Source: an uncultured delta proteobacterium
Lineage (GTDB): Bacteria > Desulfobacterota > BSN033 > UBA1163
Reading direction: 5' to 3'
Assembly: GCA_963827685.1 (NCBI GenBank)
Contig: CAWHBU010000004.1
Span: 448,001-512,000, forward strand
Length of the DNA: 64,000 nt
Each line of letters starts with the position of its first letter. The first letter of the stretch is position 1. Of this stretch, positions 9,675-20,829 are shown piece after piece. The position numbers were made by a program, and so were the translations under genes. Below the pieces are notes generated by a model, which saw nothing but the letters and a program-made list of their open reading frames with translations, was not told the DNA's origin and did not search any database.

Positions 9675-10307
9675 TCATGCGGGATTCAGTTTTGTATATA
9701 ATTCTTGTTTCAATTGTTCAGCCGAAATAAAATGGATGCCCTGCATTCCTAAAGAAACGGCTACTTCGACATGTTTCTTCATGTCATCGACAAAAAGAAT
9801 CTTTCGGGGTTCGACCTTAGCCCACTCGATGGCGTTTTGATAGATCTCGATAGCAGGTTTTTTAAAACCCACCTCGTGGGACAGAATCCATTGATCAAAC
9901 ACCCTGATGATAGGAAATTTTGAAAGGATGTAGTCGAAATGGAGAGGATTGGTGTTGGAAAGGAGGCCGAGTTTCCACCTCCTTTTTTGGGAGAGGATGA
10001 TCTGGGAGACCTCTTGATTTTCAAGAAAGATATCGTTCCAGATGGGAATGAACTCCTCAAAGGAAAGGGAGAGTTGAAGGAATTCTCTTATGGATTGGAA
10101 GAATTCCGGAGAGGATACTTTTCCGATTTCATAACCATTGACCGCTCCCTTTCCAAAATCGAAGAGGTAGGAAAAAATTTTGGCGGGATCCTGAAATTCT
10201 ATTCTTTGAGAGAACGGAGAGAGTTTTTCTGCGATCTGGAAATGGTTGAAAGGAAGAATGACATTTCCCAAGTCGTAAAGGATGACTTCAATCGGAGGCT
10301 GGGTCAT
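9675..10307 (-). CDS. HAD-superfamily phosphatase (YihX-like)
   Basis: 'YDLGNV', 'LLSNTN', 'SHEVGFKKP', 'FVDD'; start placed at MTQPP (10307). Confidence 0.88.
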   Translation of the reverse strand: MTQPPIEVILYDLGNVILPFNHFQIAEKLSPFSQRIEFQDPAKIFSYLFDFGKGAVNGYEIGKVSSPEFFQSIREFLQLSLSFEEFIPIWNDIFLENQEVSQIILSQKRRWKLGLLSNTNPLHFDYILSKFPIIRVFDQWILSHEVGFKKPAIEIYQNAIEWAKVEPRKILFVDDMKKHVEVAVSLGMQGIHFISAEQLKQELYTKLNPA

Positions 10308-10333
10308 CTTTGTCCACGGATTTAACCAAGAAC

Positions 10334-10394
10334 TGTAGCGCCCCCATTTACTGGGGGCGCATAAAAACCGTCGGCAATAAATGCCGACGCTACA
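10334..10394. repeat. REPIN-like doublet of GTAG-type palindromes
   Basis: TGTAGCGCCCCCATTTACTGGGGGCGC ... CGTCGGCAATAAATGCCGACGCTACA: two hairpins in inverted orientation bounded by TGTAGCG/CGCTACA. Confidence 0.7.
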
Positions 10395-10397
10395 CAT

Positions 10398-11195
10398 TTA
10401 TGAAATGGGTTTGGGAAGATCGAAATACTCGGCGATCGCTTGGGTCAGACCGGGGATGGTATATTGTCTCGGCTGAATCTGCGCTTTCAATCCCCATTCC
10501 TTTGCCGTCCTGGCAGTCACCGGCCCGATACAGGCAATAGCGACACCCTTTAACAGTTTTTTAAGATCTTCTTTTTTAAGGAGTTCGGCAAAATGGTTGA
10601 CCGTGGAAGAGGAGGTGAAGGTGATGACATCCGTCTTTCCGTCTTTCAGGATTTTCTTCAATTTCTTCGATCCGCCCTTTGGCCTGACCGTCCGATAAGC
10701 CTCCACCACATCTACCTCTGCGCCCATTTTTCTCAAGCCTTTTGGCAGTATATCCCGCGCCTTTTTAGCACGAGCCAGAAGGATCCGTTTTCCATTTAGA
10801 GACATTCTTTCAAATCCTTTAAGGATGGATTCAGCGATAAACTCTTTCGGGATATAGTGGACGGAAACTCCTTTTTCCTTTAATTGTTTGGCCGTAGCAG
10901 GTCCGATGGCACAGACTCTAAGGGAAGGGGGAAGTCTCTTGGCCTTCCCCCTTCCCTCAAGCCTTTGCCAGAAAAAATTGACTCCATTGGCACTGGTAAA
11001 AAGTATCCAGTCATAAGACTCCAACTGATCAATGGCCTGGTCAAGTTCCTTCCAGTGGAGCGGAGAAACAATCTCGATGGTGGGAAATTCGATCACCTCT
11101 GCTCCCAATTTTTTAAGCTGAGTGGCAAAATCACCCGACTGCTCACGGGCTCGGGTGATCAGGATTTTCTTTCCAACGAGGCATTTTTTATTCAT
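10398..11195 (-). CDS. hemD: Uroporphyrinogen-III synthase
   Basis: 'ILITRAREQ', 'FTSANGV', 'AIGPAT', 'FTSSSTV'; downstream of hemC. Confidence 0.95.
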   Translation of the reverse strand: MNKKCLVGKKILITRAREQSGDFATQLKKLGAEVIEFPTIEIVSPLHWKELDQAIDQLESYDWILFTSANGVNFFWQRLEGRGKAKRLPPSLRVCAIGPATAKQLKEKGVSVHYIPKEFIAESILKGFERMSLNGKRILLARAKKARDILPKGLRKMGAEVDVVEAYRTVRPKGGSKKLKKILKDGKTDVITFTSSSTVNHFAELLKKEDLKKLLKGVAIACIGPVTARTAKEWGLKAQIQPRQYTIPGLTQAIAEYFDLPKPIS

Positions 11196-11222
11196 CTAAG
11201 TTAGAGAATAACACCAAAATTT

Positions 11223-11312
11223 TCCTCCCCCCCTTGTGGGGGAGGATTAAGGTCGGGGGGACTAACACTCCTCACCCCCACCCTCGCCCTCCCCCGTCAA
11301 AGGGGGAGGGGA
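11223..11312. repeat. C/G-rich REP-like hairpin doublet
   Basis: CCTCCCCCCCTTGTGGGGGAGG and CCCTCCCCCGTCAAAGGGGGAGGG; related copies near 14771, 30671, 30862, 37401. Confidence 0.7.
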
Positions 11313-11366
11313 ATAGATTAGTGTCCCATGGTTTTTGGTTAATTAGACCATCATAGCAAGTTGGCT

Positions 11367-12314
11367 TCATATTCGAATCGCAGGGCTGGATCTCCGATAG
11401 ACCTCATCAAGAATCTCTTTGGCTCCTTTGCCCAAGAGGATCTCCGCCAATTGGAGCCCGAGCGTCTCGGCTCTCTCAATGGGTCCCTCCATATGATGTG
11501 TGATGAGCCTCTTCCCGTCCATCGTTCCAACTAATCCATCGACTTGGAGGGTGGCTCCAACGATTCGGGCAAAAGCAGCGATGGGGACCTGACAACCTCC
11601 CTCCAATTTCTTAAGGAAGGTCCTCTCCGCGGTAATGGCGATGGAGGAGTCTCGATCGTTGAGAAATCGGATTTGACCCTCCACCTCGTCATCATCCATT
11701 CTTGTCTCAATTCCCAATGCCCCCTGACCGATGGCGGGGAGAGAGATCTCTGGAAGAATAATTTCTGTGATTTTTTCTTCTAAGCCCAGCCTTCTTACAC
11801 CTGAGAGAGCCAGGATGATTGCATCTAAGTCGGTTGTTTTTAACTTCCTGAGTCGCGTATCTAAATTTCCCCTCAGAGGAATGAATTCAAAGTCACTTCT
11901 GAAATGAAGCAACTGGGCCTGCCGCCTCAGGCTGCTTGTACCAATCTTTGCTCCTTGGGGAAGATCTTTTAATGGCTTTCCATCCTTTGAGATGAGGACA
12001 TCTCGAGGATCTTCTCTTTTTGTGATCACGGAGAGATGGAGACCTTTTGGAAATTCGGTTGGGACATCCTTGATGCTATGAACGGCAAGGTCGATCCTTT
12101 TTTGCAGGAGTGCTTCCTCGATTTCTTTGACGAAAAGACCTTTTCCCCCGATCTTCGCTAACGGAGCATCCTGAATCTTATCTCCGGTGGTTTTGATTTT
12201 GATGAGCGTGACGTCGAGGTCAGAATGGGCCTGGACCAATTGATCCTTCACCCAATTGGCCTGAAAAAGAGCGAGTTGACTCCCACGGGTCCCGATTTTG
12301 AGCTCAGAGGGCAT
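11367..12314 (-). CDS. hemC: Hydroxymethylbilane synthase (porphobilinogen deaminase)
   Basis: 'IGTRGSQLAL', 'GGKGLFVKEIE', 'GTSSLRR', 'LEGGCQVP'. Confidence 0.98.
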   Translation of the reverse strand: MPSELKIGTRGSQLALFQANWVKDQLVQAHSDLDVTLIKIKTTGDKIQDAPLAKIGGKGLFVKEIEEALLQKRIDLAVHSIKDVPTEFPKGLHLSVITKREDPRDVLISKDGKPLKDLPQGAKIGTSSLRRQAQLLHFRSDFEFIPLRGNLDTRLRKLKTTDLDAIILALSGVRRLGLEEKITEIILPEISLPAIGQGALGIETRMDDDEVEGQIRFLNDRDSSIAITAERTFLKKLEGGCQVPIAAFARIVGATLQVDGLVGTMDGKRLITHHMEGPIERAETLGLQLAEILLGKGAKEILDEVYRRSSPAIRI

Positions 12315-13644
12315 CTTCGAGACGGGGTTCCTCCTTTTCTTTCTCCTCTTCGAATTTTTCCAAGAAGGTTTCTAATGATTTCTCAGGCAGTCCAAAGAGA
12401 GTATGGAGGGCATCGAGATAAAGGTCAGCCATCGCCTCCTCATTGGTTTGTTTGAGAAGGGTGATCGGCGTGTGGAGAATCTTATTGATGATGGCGGAAG
12501 TGAGGGCCTCCAAAGATTTCTTCTCCTTATCCGATAGATCGGGGTGGAGGGAAAGGGTTTTTTCCAACTCCTTCTTTCTGATCTCTTCAAACTTTTTCCT
12601 CAAGGCCACGATGGTGGGGGTCACGTCGAGAGATCGATACCAGTTGACGAATTTAAACATCTCGTCCTGGACAATCGCCTCAGCTTTTCGGGCCTCCTTT
12701 TCCCGATCTTTGGTGTTTTCATTAGCTACTTTTTGGAGATCATCGATATTGTAGAGGTAGACATTTTCAATATCACCGACCTTGGGTTCGATATCCCGAG
12801 GGTCAGCGATATCGATGAAAAAGATCGGTTTCTGTCTCCGATCCTTGATCACCTTCGTGATCTGGTCATGTCTGATAAGATATTGAGGTGAATCCGTAGC
12901 AGTGATGACGATGTCCACTTTCTTCAAACCCTGTGCCATGTCCTCAAAGGGGATGGCTTCGCCCCTAAATTCCTGAGCCAGTGACACAGCCCGTTCATCA
13001 GTACGATTCGTCACCAAGATTTTTTCTATACCAGCTGAGACGAGGTGTCGGGCAGCCAGTTCACACATCTCTCCTGCTCCAATGAGTAAGACGGTTTTTC
13101 TTTCCAGGGTCCCAAAGATTTTTTCGGCCAACTCGACCGCGACAGAACTAACGGATACGGCACTATTGCCAATCTTCGTCTCTGTTCTCACCCTTTTTGC
13201 TACATGAAAGGCCCGATGAAGAAGTCGATGGAGAATGAGACCCGAAGTTTTAACCTGTTGGGAGAGATCATAGGCTTCCTTGATCTGGCCCAAAATTTGA
13301 GGTTCTCCCACGACCATGGAATCAAGACTTGAGGCAACCCGGAAGATATGTCTCACGGCCTCTTCTCCGACATAAAAATAGAGACTTTTTTCGAATTGCT
13401 TCAAGGGGATGCTATGGTACCGAGAGAGAAATTCCTTCAGATCGCGGATGGCTTTTTCTGTCTCTCGTGTGGCCGCATAAACTTCCACCCGATTACAGGT
13501 GGAGACGATCATGTCTTCCTTGAGAGAGGAAAGGGTATGGACCTTGTCTAAAGCGTCTTCTATCTTATCTTCGGGAAACGCGAGGCATTCCCGGATCTCA
13601 ATAGGCGCAGTCTTATGATTTAGTCCGACAACGAGGAGTTCCAT
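12304..13644 (-). CDS. hemA: Glutamyl-tRNA reductase
   Basis: 'GLNHKTAPIEIRE', 'STCNRVE', 'SLDSMVVGEPQILGQ', 'GAGEM'. Confidence 0.98.
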   Translation of the reverse strand: MELLVVGLNHKTAPIEIRECLAFPEDKIEDALDKVHTLSSLKEDMIVSTCNRVEVYAATRETEKAIRDLKEFLSRYHSIPLKQFEKSLYFYVGEEAVRHIFRVASSLDSMVVGEPQILGQIKEAYDLSQQVKTSGLILHRLLHRAFHVAKRVRTETKIGNSAVSVSSVAVELAEKIFGTLERKTVLLIGAGEMCELAARHLVSAGIEKILVTNRTDERAVSLAQEFRGEAIPFEDMAQGLKKVDIVITATDSPQYLIRHDQITKVIKDRRQKPIFFIDIADPRDIEPKVGDIENVYLYNIDDLQKVANENTKDREKEARKAEAIVQDEMFKFVNWYRSLDVTPTIVALRKKFEEIRKKELEKTLSLHPDLSDKEKKSLEALTSAIINKILHTPITLLKQTNEEAMADLYLDALHTLFGLPEKSLETFLEKFEEEKEKEEPRLEDAL

Positions 13645-13714
13645 GTTACCAGATAAATAAACAAAGGATAAGGTTGAGGTTAAGGTTGAGCCTCAACCGA
13701 CTTCTCTCTTTTTT

Positions 13715-14536
13715 CTACCAATTCGAATAGGCATGAAGTCCCGGAAGAAGGAGGTTGACGCCCAAAAATGTGAAGAGGGCAGCCAGAAATCCTACAATGG
13801 CCATCATGGCTGCCTTCCGTCCCCTCCATCCAACCGTCAGACGCTGGTGAAGCAGTGCCGCATAGAGGAGCCAGGTGATCAGGGACCACGTTTCTTTAGG
13901 GTCCCAATTCCAGTATCTCCCCCAGGCATATTCAGCCCAAACAGCACCTGTGATGATCCCCAGGGTCAATAAGGGGAACCCAAATTTGAGGGACTGGTAG
14001 CTCAGATCGTCCAGAAGATTCAAAGGAGGAAGTCTTCTTGTGATGGCCCCCATCTTTTTCGATTTGAGTTGATGCTCTTGAATTAAATACATCACTCCGC
14101 AACAGAAGGTTAAGGTGAAGATGGCATTGCCCAGAAAGGCAAAGATCACATGGAAGGGATGCCAGAAACTTTTTAAAACGGGAGCCAAGGGAAAAATCTC
14201 TTTAGGGAGGGCAAAAGCAAAAAGCATGAGAATGAGGGCAATGGGAGTGAGAAAGGAACCCAAAACCTTGACCTTATATTTAAGATTAGCGATCAACAAG
14301 ATGCCGATGATCATCCATGCAAAGAAAGAAAGGGATTCATAAAGATTGGTCACAGGAGTATGGCCGGCTTCCACATACCTCGTAAGGATGGCCAGGGTAT
14401 GGGAGGCGAATCCGATGGAGACGACGGTGGCTGCGATTTTAGAGAGGGCCTCTTTCAGGAAAATGATATAGGCTAAATAGGCCAACGTCCCGAACAAGTA
14501 GAGAAAGGAGGCGAACTTAAAAAAATAGATGTTCAT
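13715..14536 (-). CDS. ccsA: Cytochrome c biogenesis protein, system II (CcsA/ResC)
   Basis: WWD domain 'GAVWAEYAWGRYWNWDPKETWS' and C-terminal 'GLHAY'. Confidence 0.95.
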   Translation of the reverse strand: MNIYFFKFASFLYLFGTLAYLAYIIFLKEALSKIAATVVSIGFASHTLAILTRYVEAGHTPVTNLYESLSFFAWMIIGILLIANLKYKVKVLGSFLTPIALILMLFAFALPKEIFPLAPVLKSFWHPFHVIFAFLGNAIFTLTFCCGVMYLIQEHQLKSKKMGAITRRLPPLNLLDDLSYQSLKFGFPLLTLGIITGAVWAEYAWGRYWNWDPKETWSLITWLLYAALLHQRLTVGWRGRKAAMMAIVGFLAALFTFLGVNLLLPGLHAYSNW

Positions 14537-14639
14537 AAAAATTCATTCTAACATTTTCTTTCAATTGATGAAATAGTTCATTCCTTGCCCAAGTGATCTA
14601 TTTCAAATCCTAATGCCAAATAATGATTTGCATGGCGCA

Positions 14640-14882
14640 TCGCATACATGGAAGCACCAAATCACAAGCCCTGTACCTAATATGGTGCAGGGCAAGCACC
14701 AAACCTGTTCCTGACAGGTTCAGGGATAACAAACAAATTCCAATGGTCCAAATTCGAAATTTCCCGTCACCCTCCCCCTCTCCCCAGTGAGGAGAGGGAT
14801 GGGGGGCATAATAGTTTTGGTCACTCGAAATTGGAATTTGGAGCTTATTTGGGATTTGGAGTTTGTGATTTGGGATTTTAGA
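14640..14882. repeat. Degenerate heptamer repeat tract with embedded small palindromes
   Basis: TTGG(A/G)ATT-type units at 14831-14879 and their complements upstream; embedded CCCTGTACCTAATATGGTGCAGGG and a C/G hairpin at ~14771. Confidence 0.55.
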
Positions 14883-14915
14883 CACATTGTAGTCTGCTCT
14901 ATGGTGTCAACTCGC

Positions 14916-16262
14916 TTACCACGTTTTTGTCAATTGGTGAAACTGCCAATTCATCGCCAAGTAGAAGAGAGGATGGACCCAGGGTCTTTTAATAATCCTT
15001 GTATAGATCGAAGAGGTTGAAAAAACCTCTTTCCAAACTCTCCTCATTCCTTTTTCTAATTCTTCCACAGACATCAATAAAGGCTGATAGACGGCGTTGA
15101 GGGAATCGTATTTCTCCCAATCTCTGCAGAGAATCCTTCCTTCTTTCTCCAATCGAAGAAATGAATCGGTTCCGGGATAGGGGGCCATGATGAAGGCAAG
15201 AGCCCAGTCGAGTTTCGAGTCAATGCAGAAGTCAATGATCCTTTGGAAGACTCCAGGGTCATCATCATCTAGACCTACGATGAAGGTTCCCATGACACCA
15301 ATTCCTTGATCGTGAATTCTTTTGACAGCCTCGGCATACCGAGAGGGCTGGTTGAATCCCTTTCCCATCGTATTCAGGTTCTTTGTTGAGAAGGACTCAA
15401 ACCCGATATTGATCGCGATACAGCCACTTTGGGAGAATCCTTCTAACAGTTCTTGATCGAAAGCAATGGAAACAGGGGCATGGCCATACCAGAGGAGATC
15501 GAATTCTTTAAGAAGGGAGAGGAGGTTAAGACAAAACCGCTTATCCCCTGCGATGTTGGAATCGATGATGTAAAGGAGCCTTCTCTTGAGAAAATAAGGA
15601 AGGTCTTTGCTAAATAGGGAGAGGATTTTTTTTGGAACAAGGTTCATCACCGGCCCCTTTTGGAAAAGGGTTTTAAGTTCTCGCTCAATTTCGCTGATCG
15701 GGCGATTGCGGTATCGAAATCCGAAAAATTTTGAGACGCCGCAGAAGTCGCAGCGGTGAGGACATCCTCGTGTGGTTTCGAGTAATTTCAGTGGAAAGTA
15801 AAATGTTTTGTTGAGAAGTTCCCTTCTGGGAAGGGGAAGGTCGGAGGGGTTCACCAATTCGCTCCCCACATAAACCCGCCTCATTTGCCCTCTTCTCAGA
15901 TCCTCGATCAGATCTGGCCAAACCTCTTCTGCTTCCCCCACCACGACTGCATCCACATGTCGGAGCGCCTCCTGAGGGAGCATGCTGGCATGGACCCCTC
16001 CCATGACCACAGGGATTCCTCTCTTTTTGAACTCTTCTGCGATCTGGTAAGCTCGGGGGGCAACGGGGGTCTGGGCAGTCATCCCCACCAGATCCACCTT
16101 TTCTTCGAAATCGATTTTTTCGAAGGCTTCATCCACGATCTTTAGCTCCACACCAGGAGGGGTGACGGCGGCGACATAGGGAAGGTTTAAAAAACTTAGT
16201 CTGAACAGGAAGGCCTCTTCCTTTTTTCGCTCCCGCTCAGGTGAGATCAAAAGGATCTTCAT
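14916..16262 (-). CDS. B12-binding domain radical SAM protein
   Basis: 'VVMGGVHAS', 'VVGEAE', CxxxCxxC 'RGCPHRCDFC', 'IGFES', 'PYPGT'. Confidence 0.92.
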   Translation of the reverse strand: MKILLISPERERKKEEAFLFRLSFLNLPYVAAVTPPGVELKIVDEAFEKIDFEEKVDLVGMTAQTPVAPRAYQIAEEFKKRGIPVVMGGVHASMLPQEALRHVDAVVVGEAEEVWPDLIEDLRRGQMRRVYVGSELVNPSDLPLPRRELLNKTFYFPLKLLETTRGCPHRCDFCGVSKFFGFRYRNRPISEIERELKTLFQKGPVMNLVPKKILSLFSKDLPYFLKRRLLYIIDSNIAGDKRFCLNLLSLLKEFDLLWYGHAPVSIAFDQELLEGFSQSGCIAINIGFESFSTKNLNTMGKGFNQPSRYAEAVKRIHDQGIGVMGTFIVGLDDDDPGVFQRIIDFCIDSKLDWALAFIMAPYPGTDSFLRLEKEGRILCRDWEKYDSLNAVYQPLLMSVEELEKGMRRVWKEVFSTSSIYTRIIKRPWVHPLFYLAMNWQFHQLTKTW

Positions 16263-16380
16263 GCTTTCAATTTAACCCATTCTATAGGAAGGGGTCAACG
16301 CCCGCCTGCGGTAGGCAGGCCTGCCTTGGCCGTGTAAACCCGCCTACGGCAGGGAAGCCACCTGCCGATAGGCCTACCTT

Positions 16381-16395
16381 TGGCACGAATATTGC
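16381..16395 (+). promoter_or_regulatory. Sigma54 (-24/-12) promoter consensus upstream of mreB
   Basis: TGGCAC-GAATA-TTGC, exact consensus spacing. Confidence 0.6.
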
Positions 16396-16472
16396 TTAAA
16401 TATTGCATTGAGAAGCTAAGATGTAAATTTTTTGTGATGAATTTTCTTGAATCAGGTGGTCGTATTTGTTAA

Positions 16473-17546
<1,074 letters not shown>

Positions 17547-17551
17547 GATTA

Positions 17552-18436
17552 ATGAGGCTACGTGGTCTTTTTTTCTTCCGAAGGTATCATCTTTTTGTTT
17601 TCATCATCCTCCTCTTGCTGTTTGCCCTCGTTCTGATGTCGTTGAGGGCGAAACAGAGGAAAGGGGTGGAATTTTTTGATGCCCTTCTGATGGAGATCTG
17701 CTCTCCTTTCCAAAAAGCTTCCACGTTTGTCATCAAGACCATTCAAGGATCCTTCCAGCAATATGTTTTTTTGGTCAACCTTGAAAAAGAGAACAGGATG
17801 CTCAGGCAAAAGATCGCTGAACTTCAAGAAGAGAACCATCAAATGAAGGAGATAACGCTGGCCAACGAGCGCCTGAAGCAACTTCTCCAATTTCGTGAAA
17901 AAAACTCCCCTTCGATGGTCGGGGCTGAAGTGATTGGTCAAGATCCTTCTTCGTGGTTCAAGAGCGTGACCATCGATAAAGGGGAAAGGGATGGAGTGAA
18001 AAAGGGGATGGCGGTGATTTCTCCGACAGGGGTCATCGGTCAGATCCTGAAAACCGCTCCCCATTATGCCACCGTTCTTCTCATGACCGATTACAACAGC
18101 GCCATTGATTCCATTGTCCAGAGAACCCGTGCGAAGGCCATTGTTGAAGGAAAAGGAGAAAACCGATGCCAGCTGAAATACCTTCTTCGAACTGAAGAGG
18201 TGGCTGTCGGGGATGCTGTCGTCACCTCAGGATTGGGTGGAAATTTTCCAAAAGGATTGATGGTGGGTGAGATCAAGAAGGTGGACAAGAAAGGTCACGG
18301 CGTATTTCAATATGCCGAATTGGCTCCCAGTGTGGACATGACACAGTTGGAGGAGGTCTTCGTCATCATGGAGCCTCCCCCGCCCTCGCCAGTCCAAGAA
18401 GAAAAGGCAAAGAAGGGGAAGAAGAGCAAAAAATGA
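17552..18436 (+). CDS. mreC: Rod shape-determining protein MreC
   Basis: N-terminal TM, coiled coil 'ENRMLR', 'IDKGERDGV', 'VTSGLGGNFPKG'; operon position. Confidence 0.95.
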   Translation: MRLRGLFFFRRYHLFVFIILLLLFALVLMSLRAKQRKGVEFFDALLMEICSPFQKASTFVIKTIQGSFQQYVFLVNLEKENRMLRQKIAELQEENHQMKEITLANERLKQLLQFREKNSPSMVGAEVIGQDPSSWFKSVTIDKGERDGVKKGMAVISPTGVIGQILKTAPHYATVLLMTDYNSAIDSIVQRTRAKAIVEGKGENRCQLKYLLRTEEVAVGDAVVTSGLGGNFPKGLMVGEIKKVDKKGHGVFQYAELAPSVDMTQLEEVFVIMEPPPPSPVQEEKAKKGKKSKK

Positions 18437-18957
18437 GACGGGTTATTCTGCCTCTTTTGGCCGGAATTCTTTTGCTTATCGTTCAGACAACGTTGTTATC
18501 CTCCTTTCCTATTCAAAGGATCAGGCCGGACCTCCTCCTCATCTTTACCCTCTACCTGGCCTTCTTATTTCCGCCGATCTTCGGTGGGATCTTGGCCTTC
18601 TTCATGGGATATCTCATGGATCTGTTTTCTGGAAACACCTTAGGCCTTTACACCTTTTCCAGGCCCCTCGTCTTTTTAGCTGCCCAATTCTTCAAAGAAC
18701 GATTCTATCTGGAAGGGTTTTCCTTCCAATTTCTCTTCGCCTTCATCTTTGGTATGTTAGAGGGAATTCTCATCTTAATGCTGATGAATGGCCTTCAACC
18801 TATCCCTGTTGGAAACCCTTATTCCTTGTTTCTCACCTTCTTTCTTCCCCAAGCATTTTTTACGGGTCTCGTTACCCCTCTTCTCTTTTTGCTTTTTCAA
18901 AAGGGGGCATCGTTATTATTTCGTCTTCCCGCGAAGGGATTAAAAGAGAGAGTTTAG
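18433..18957 (+). CDS. mreD: Rod shape-determining protein MreD
   Basis: Hydrophobic, 'RPDLLL', 'GYLMD'; between mreC and mrdA. Confidence 0.9.
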   Translation: MRRVILPLLAGILLLIVQTTLLSSFPIQRIRPDLLLIFTLYLAFLFPPIFGGILAFFMGYLMDLFSGNTLGLYTFSRPLVFLAAQFFKERFYLEGFSFQFLFAFIFGMLEGILILMLMNGLQPIPVGNPYSLFLTFFLPQAFFTGLVTPLLFLLFQKGASLLFRLPAKGLKERV

Positions 18958-18960
18958 GTC

Positions 18961-20829
18961 ATGGTGGAACTAAACACCCAGAGGATGGAAGATTTCGAAG
19001 GTATTTATAGATACCTTATGGTCTTTGTCGGGCTGGCTTTTTTCTTGATTTCCATCCGCCTGTGGTCCCTTCAAGTGTTCAAAGGAAGTGACCTCCGGCG
19101 TTTGTCTGAGAATAATTGCATTCGACTCCTTGAAAGTCCTGCGGATCGAGGAATGTTGTTAGATCGAAAGGGGAATGTTTTGGCTCATAATCGTCCCTCC
19201 TTCGAAGTCTATCTTGTTCCTGAAGACGCCAAAGCCAGTCCAGGGGTCATGACCAAAGTTGGAGAGATATTGAACATGACTCCAGACGAGATGGAGGAGA
19301 AAATCAAAGCCCAAAAACGACGGGCACCTTTCAGACCGGTGAAGATTAAATCGGATATCGATTGGAATGAACTGGCGCTCCTCGAATCGAACCGGGTTTT
19401 TCTCCCAGGACTCATCGTGGATGTCAGACCCCGGAGAGCCTATGACTATGGGGACCTGGCTTCTCATCTCATCGGTTATCTTGGAGAGGTTGATGAGAAT
19501 GAATTGAGACAATCCAGGGAGGCTCCCTATCGAATGGGCGCCCTGATTGGAAAATATGGGGTCGAATACCGGTGGGAAGATGATCTTAGGGGAGTGGATG
19601 GAGGTCGGCAGATTGAAGTCGATGCGTTGGGAAGGGAGATCAGACCCCTGGGGGAGGTGGAACCTTTTCCCGGGAACAACCTCTTTCTCACCATCGATTC
19701 AGACCTCCAGAAAACGGCTGAGGAAGCCTTTAAGGATAAGAATGGAGCTCTTATTGCCATGGACCCCGAAACGGGGCGTATCTTAGCCATGGTGAGCAAG
19801 CCTTCTTTTGAACCCTTTACTAGAAACATTTCGCCAGAAGAATGGAAATCTCTTGTGGAGAACCCTTATCACCCCCTCACCAACAAGGGAATTCAGGGGC
19901 AATACCCTGCGGGGTCGGTCTTCAAGATCGTCACTGCCATAGCGGGTCTGGAATCGGGAGTGATCACACCGAACACGCAGCTTCTCTGCGAGGGAACCTT
20001 CCATTATGGAGACCGGGATTTTCGATGCTGGAAGCAAGGGGGGCACGGAATGATCAACCTCCATCGGGCTATCGCTGAATCCTGTGATATCTATTTCTAT
20101 CAACTCGGTTTGAAATTGGGACCTGATCTCATCGCTCGTTATGCTCATGAGTTTGGTTTAGGAAAGGCGACAGGCATCTACCTCCCTCATGAGAAGTCAG
20201 GAATCGTTCCCTCCAGTTCCTGGAAAAAGAAACGTCTCGGAGTTCCATGGTATAGCGGCGAAACCCTTTCTTTTGCAGTAGGTCAGGGATATCTGTCAGC
20301 GACCCCTCTTCAGCTCTTGATGCTCATTTCAGGCGTTGCCAACGGAGGGAAGCTCTACCTGCCTCAAGTCGTGGAAAAGGTAGAAAATATCTATGGGGAA
20401 ACATTAAAAGAGTATCCACCTGTGGAACTAGGAAGAGCGAACGTTTCAGGGAAGACCCTTCAAATCATCCAGGACGCGCTTAAGGCAGCAGTGAACGATC
20501 CCCATGGGACAGGTTCGGCTTGTTTGTTGAAAGATGTCAAGGTGGCGGGGAAAACGGGTACGGCCCAAGTCGTCACACTGCCAGAGGACTTTAAAAGGGG
20601 AGAGATGAATCGAATCCCTCTAAAACTCCGGGATCATGCCTGGTTTGTGGCCTATGCCCCATTTGAAGACCCCAAAATATCGGTTGTTGTCCTCGTTGAG
20701 CACGGAGGATTTGGGGCTACGGCGGCTGCCCCCATTGCCAAGAAGGTCATCGGAAAATATCTCAACCTTGAACCTTCACCTCCCTTGAAGATGGAAGAAA
20801 AGGAAAACGATTTGAATTATGCAGATTGA
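18961..20829 (+). CDS. mrdA: Penicillin-binding protein 2
   Basis: SxxK 'GSVFK', SxD 'SCDIYFY', 'GKTGTAQ', 'DHAWF'. Confidence 0.96.
   Translation: MVELNTQRMEDFEGIYRYLMVFVGLAFFLISIRLWSLQVFKGSDLRRLSENNCIRLLESPADRGMLLDRKGNVLAHNRPSFEVYLVPEDAKASPGVMTKVGEILNMTPDEMEEKIKAQKRRAPFRPVKIKSDIDWNELALLESNRVFLPGLIVDVRPRRAYDYGDLASHLIGYLGEVDENELRQSREAPYRMGALIGKYGVEYRWEDDLRGVDGGRQIEVDALGREIRPLGEVEPFPGNNLFLTIDSDLQKTAEEAFKDKNGALIAMDPETGRILAMVSKPSFEPFTRNISPEEWKSLVENPYHPLTNKGIQGQYPAGSVFKIVTAIAGLESGVITPNTQLLCEGTFHYGDRDFRCWKQGGHGMINLHRAIAESCDIYFYQLGLKLGPDLIARYAHEFGLGKATGIYLPHEKSGIVPSSSWKKKRLGVPWYSGETLSFAVGQGYLSATPLQLLMLISGVANGGKLYLPQVVEKVENIYGETLKEYPPVELGRANVSGKTLQIIQDALKAAVNDPHGTGSACLLKDVKVAGKTGTAQVVTLPEDFKRGEMNRIPLKLRDHAWFVAYAPFEDPKISVVVLVEHGGFGATAAAPIAKKVIGKYLNLEPSPPLKMEEKENDLNYAD

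Noticed and set aside
14610-14885. ORFs over heptamer and palindrome tracts (also 30577-31035, 39033-39275, 39859-40101, 56343-56579, 57361-57646)
   Set aside because: Open frames arise from repeat sequence; no RBS or protein motifs
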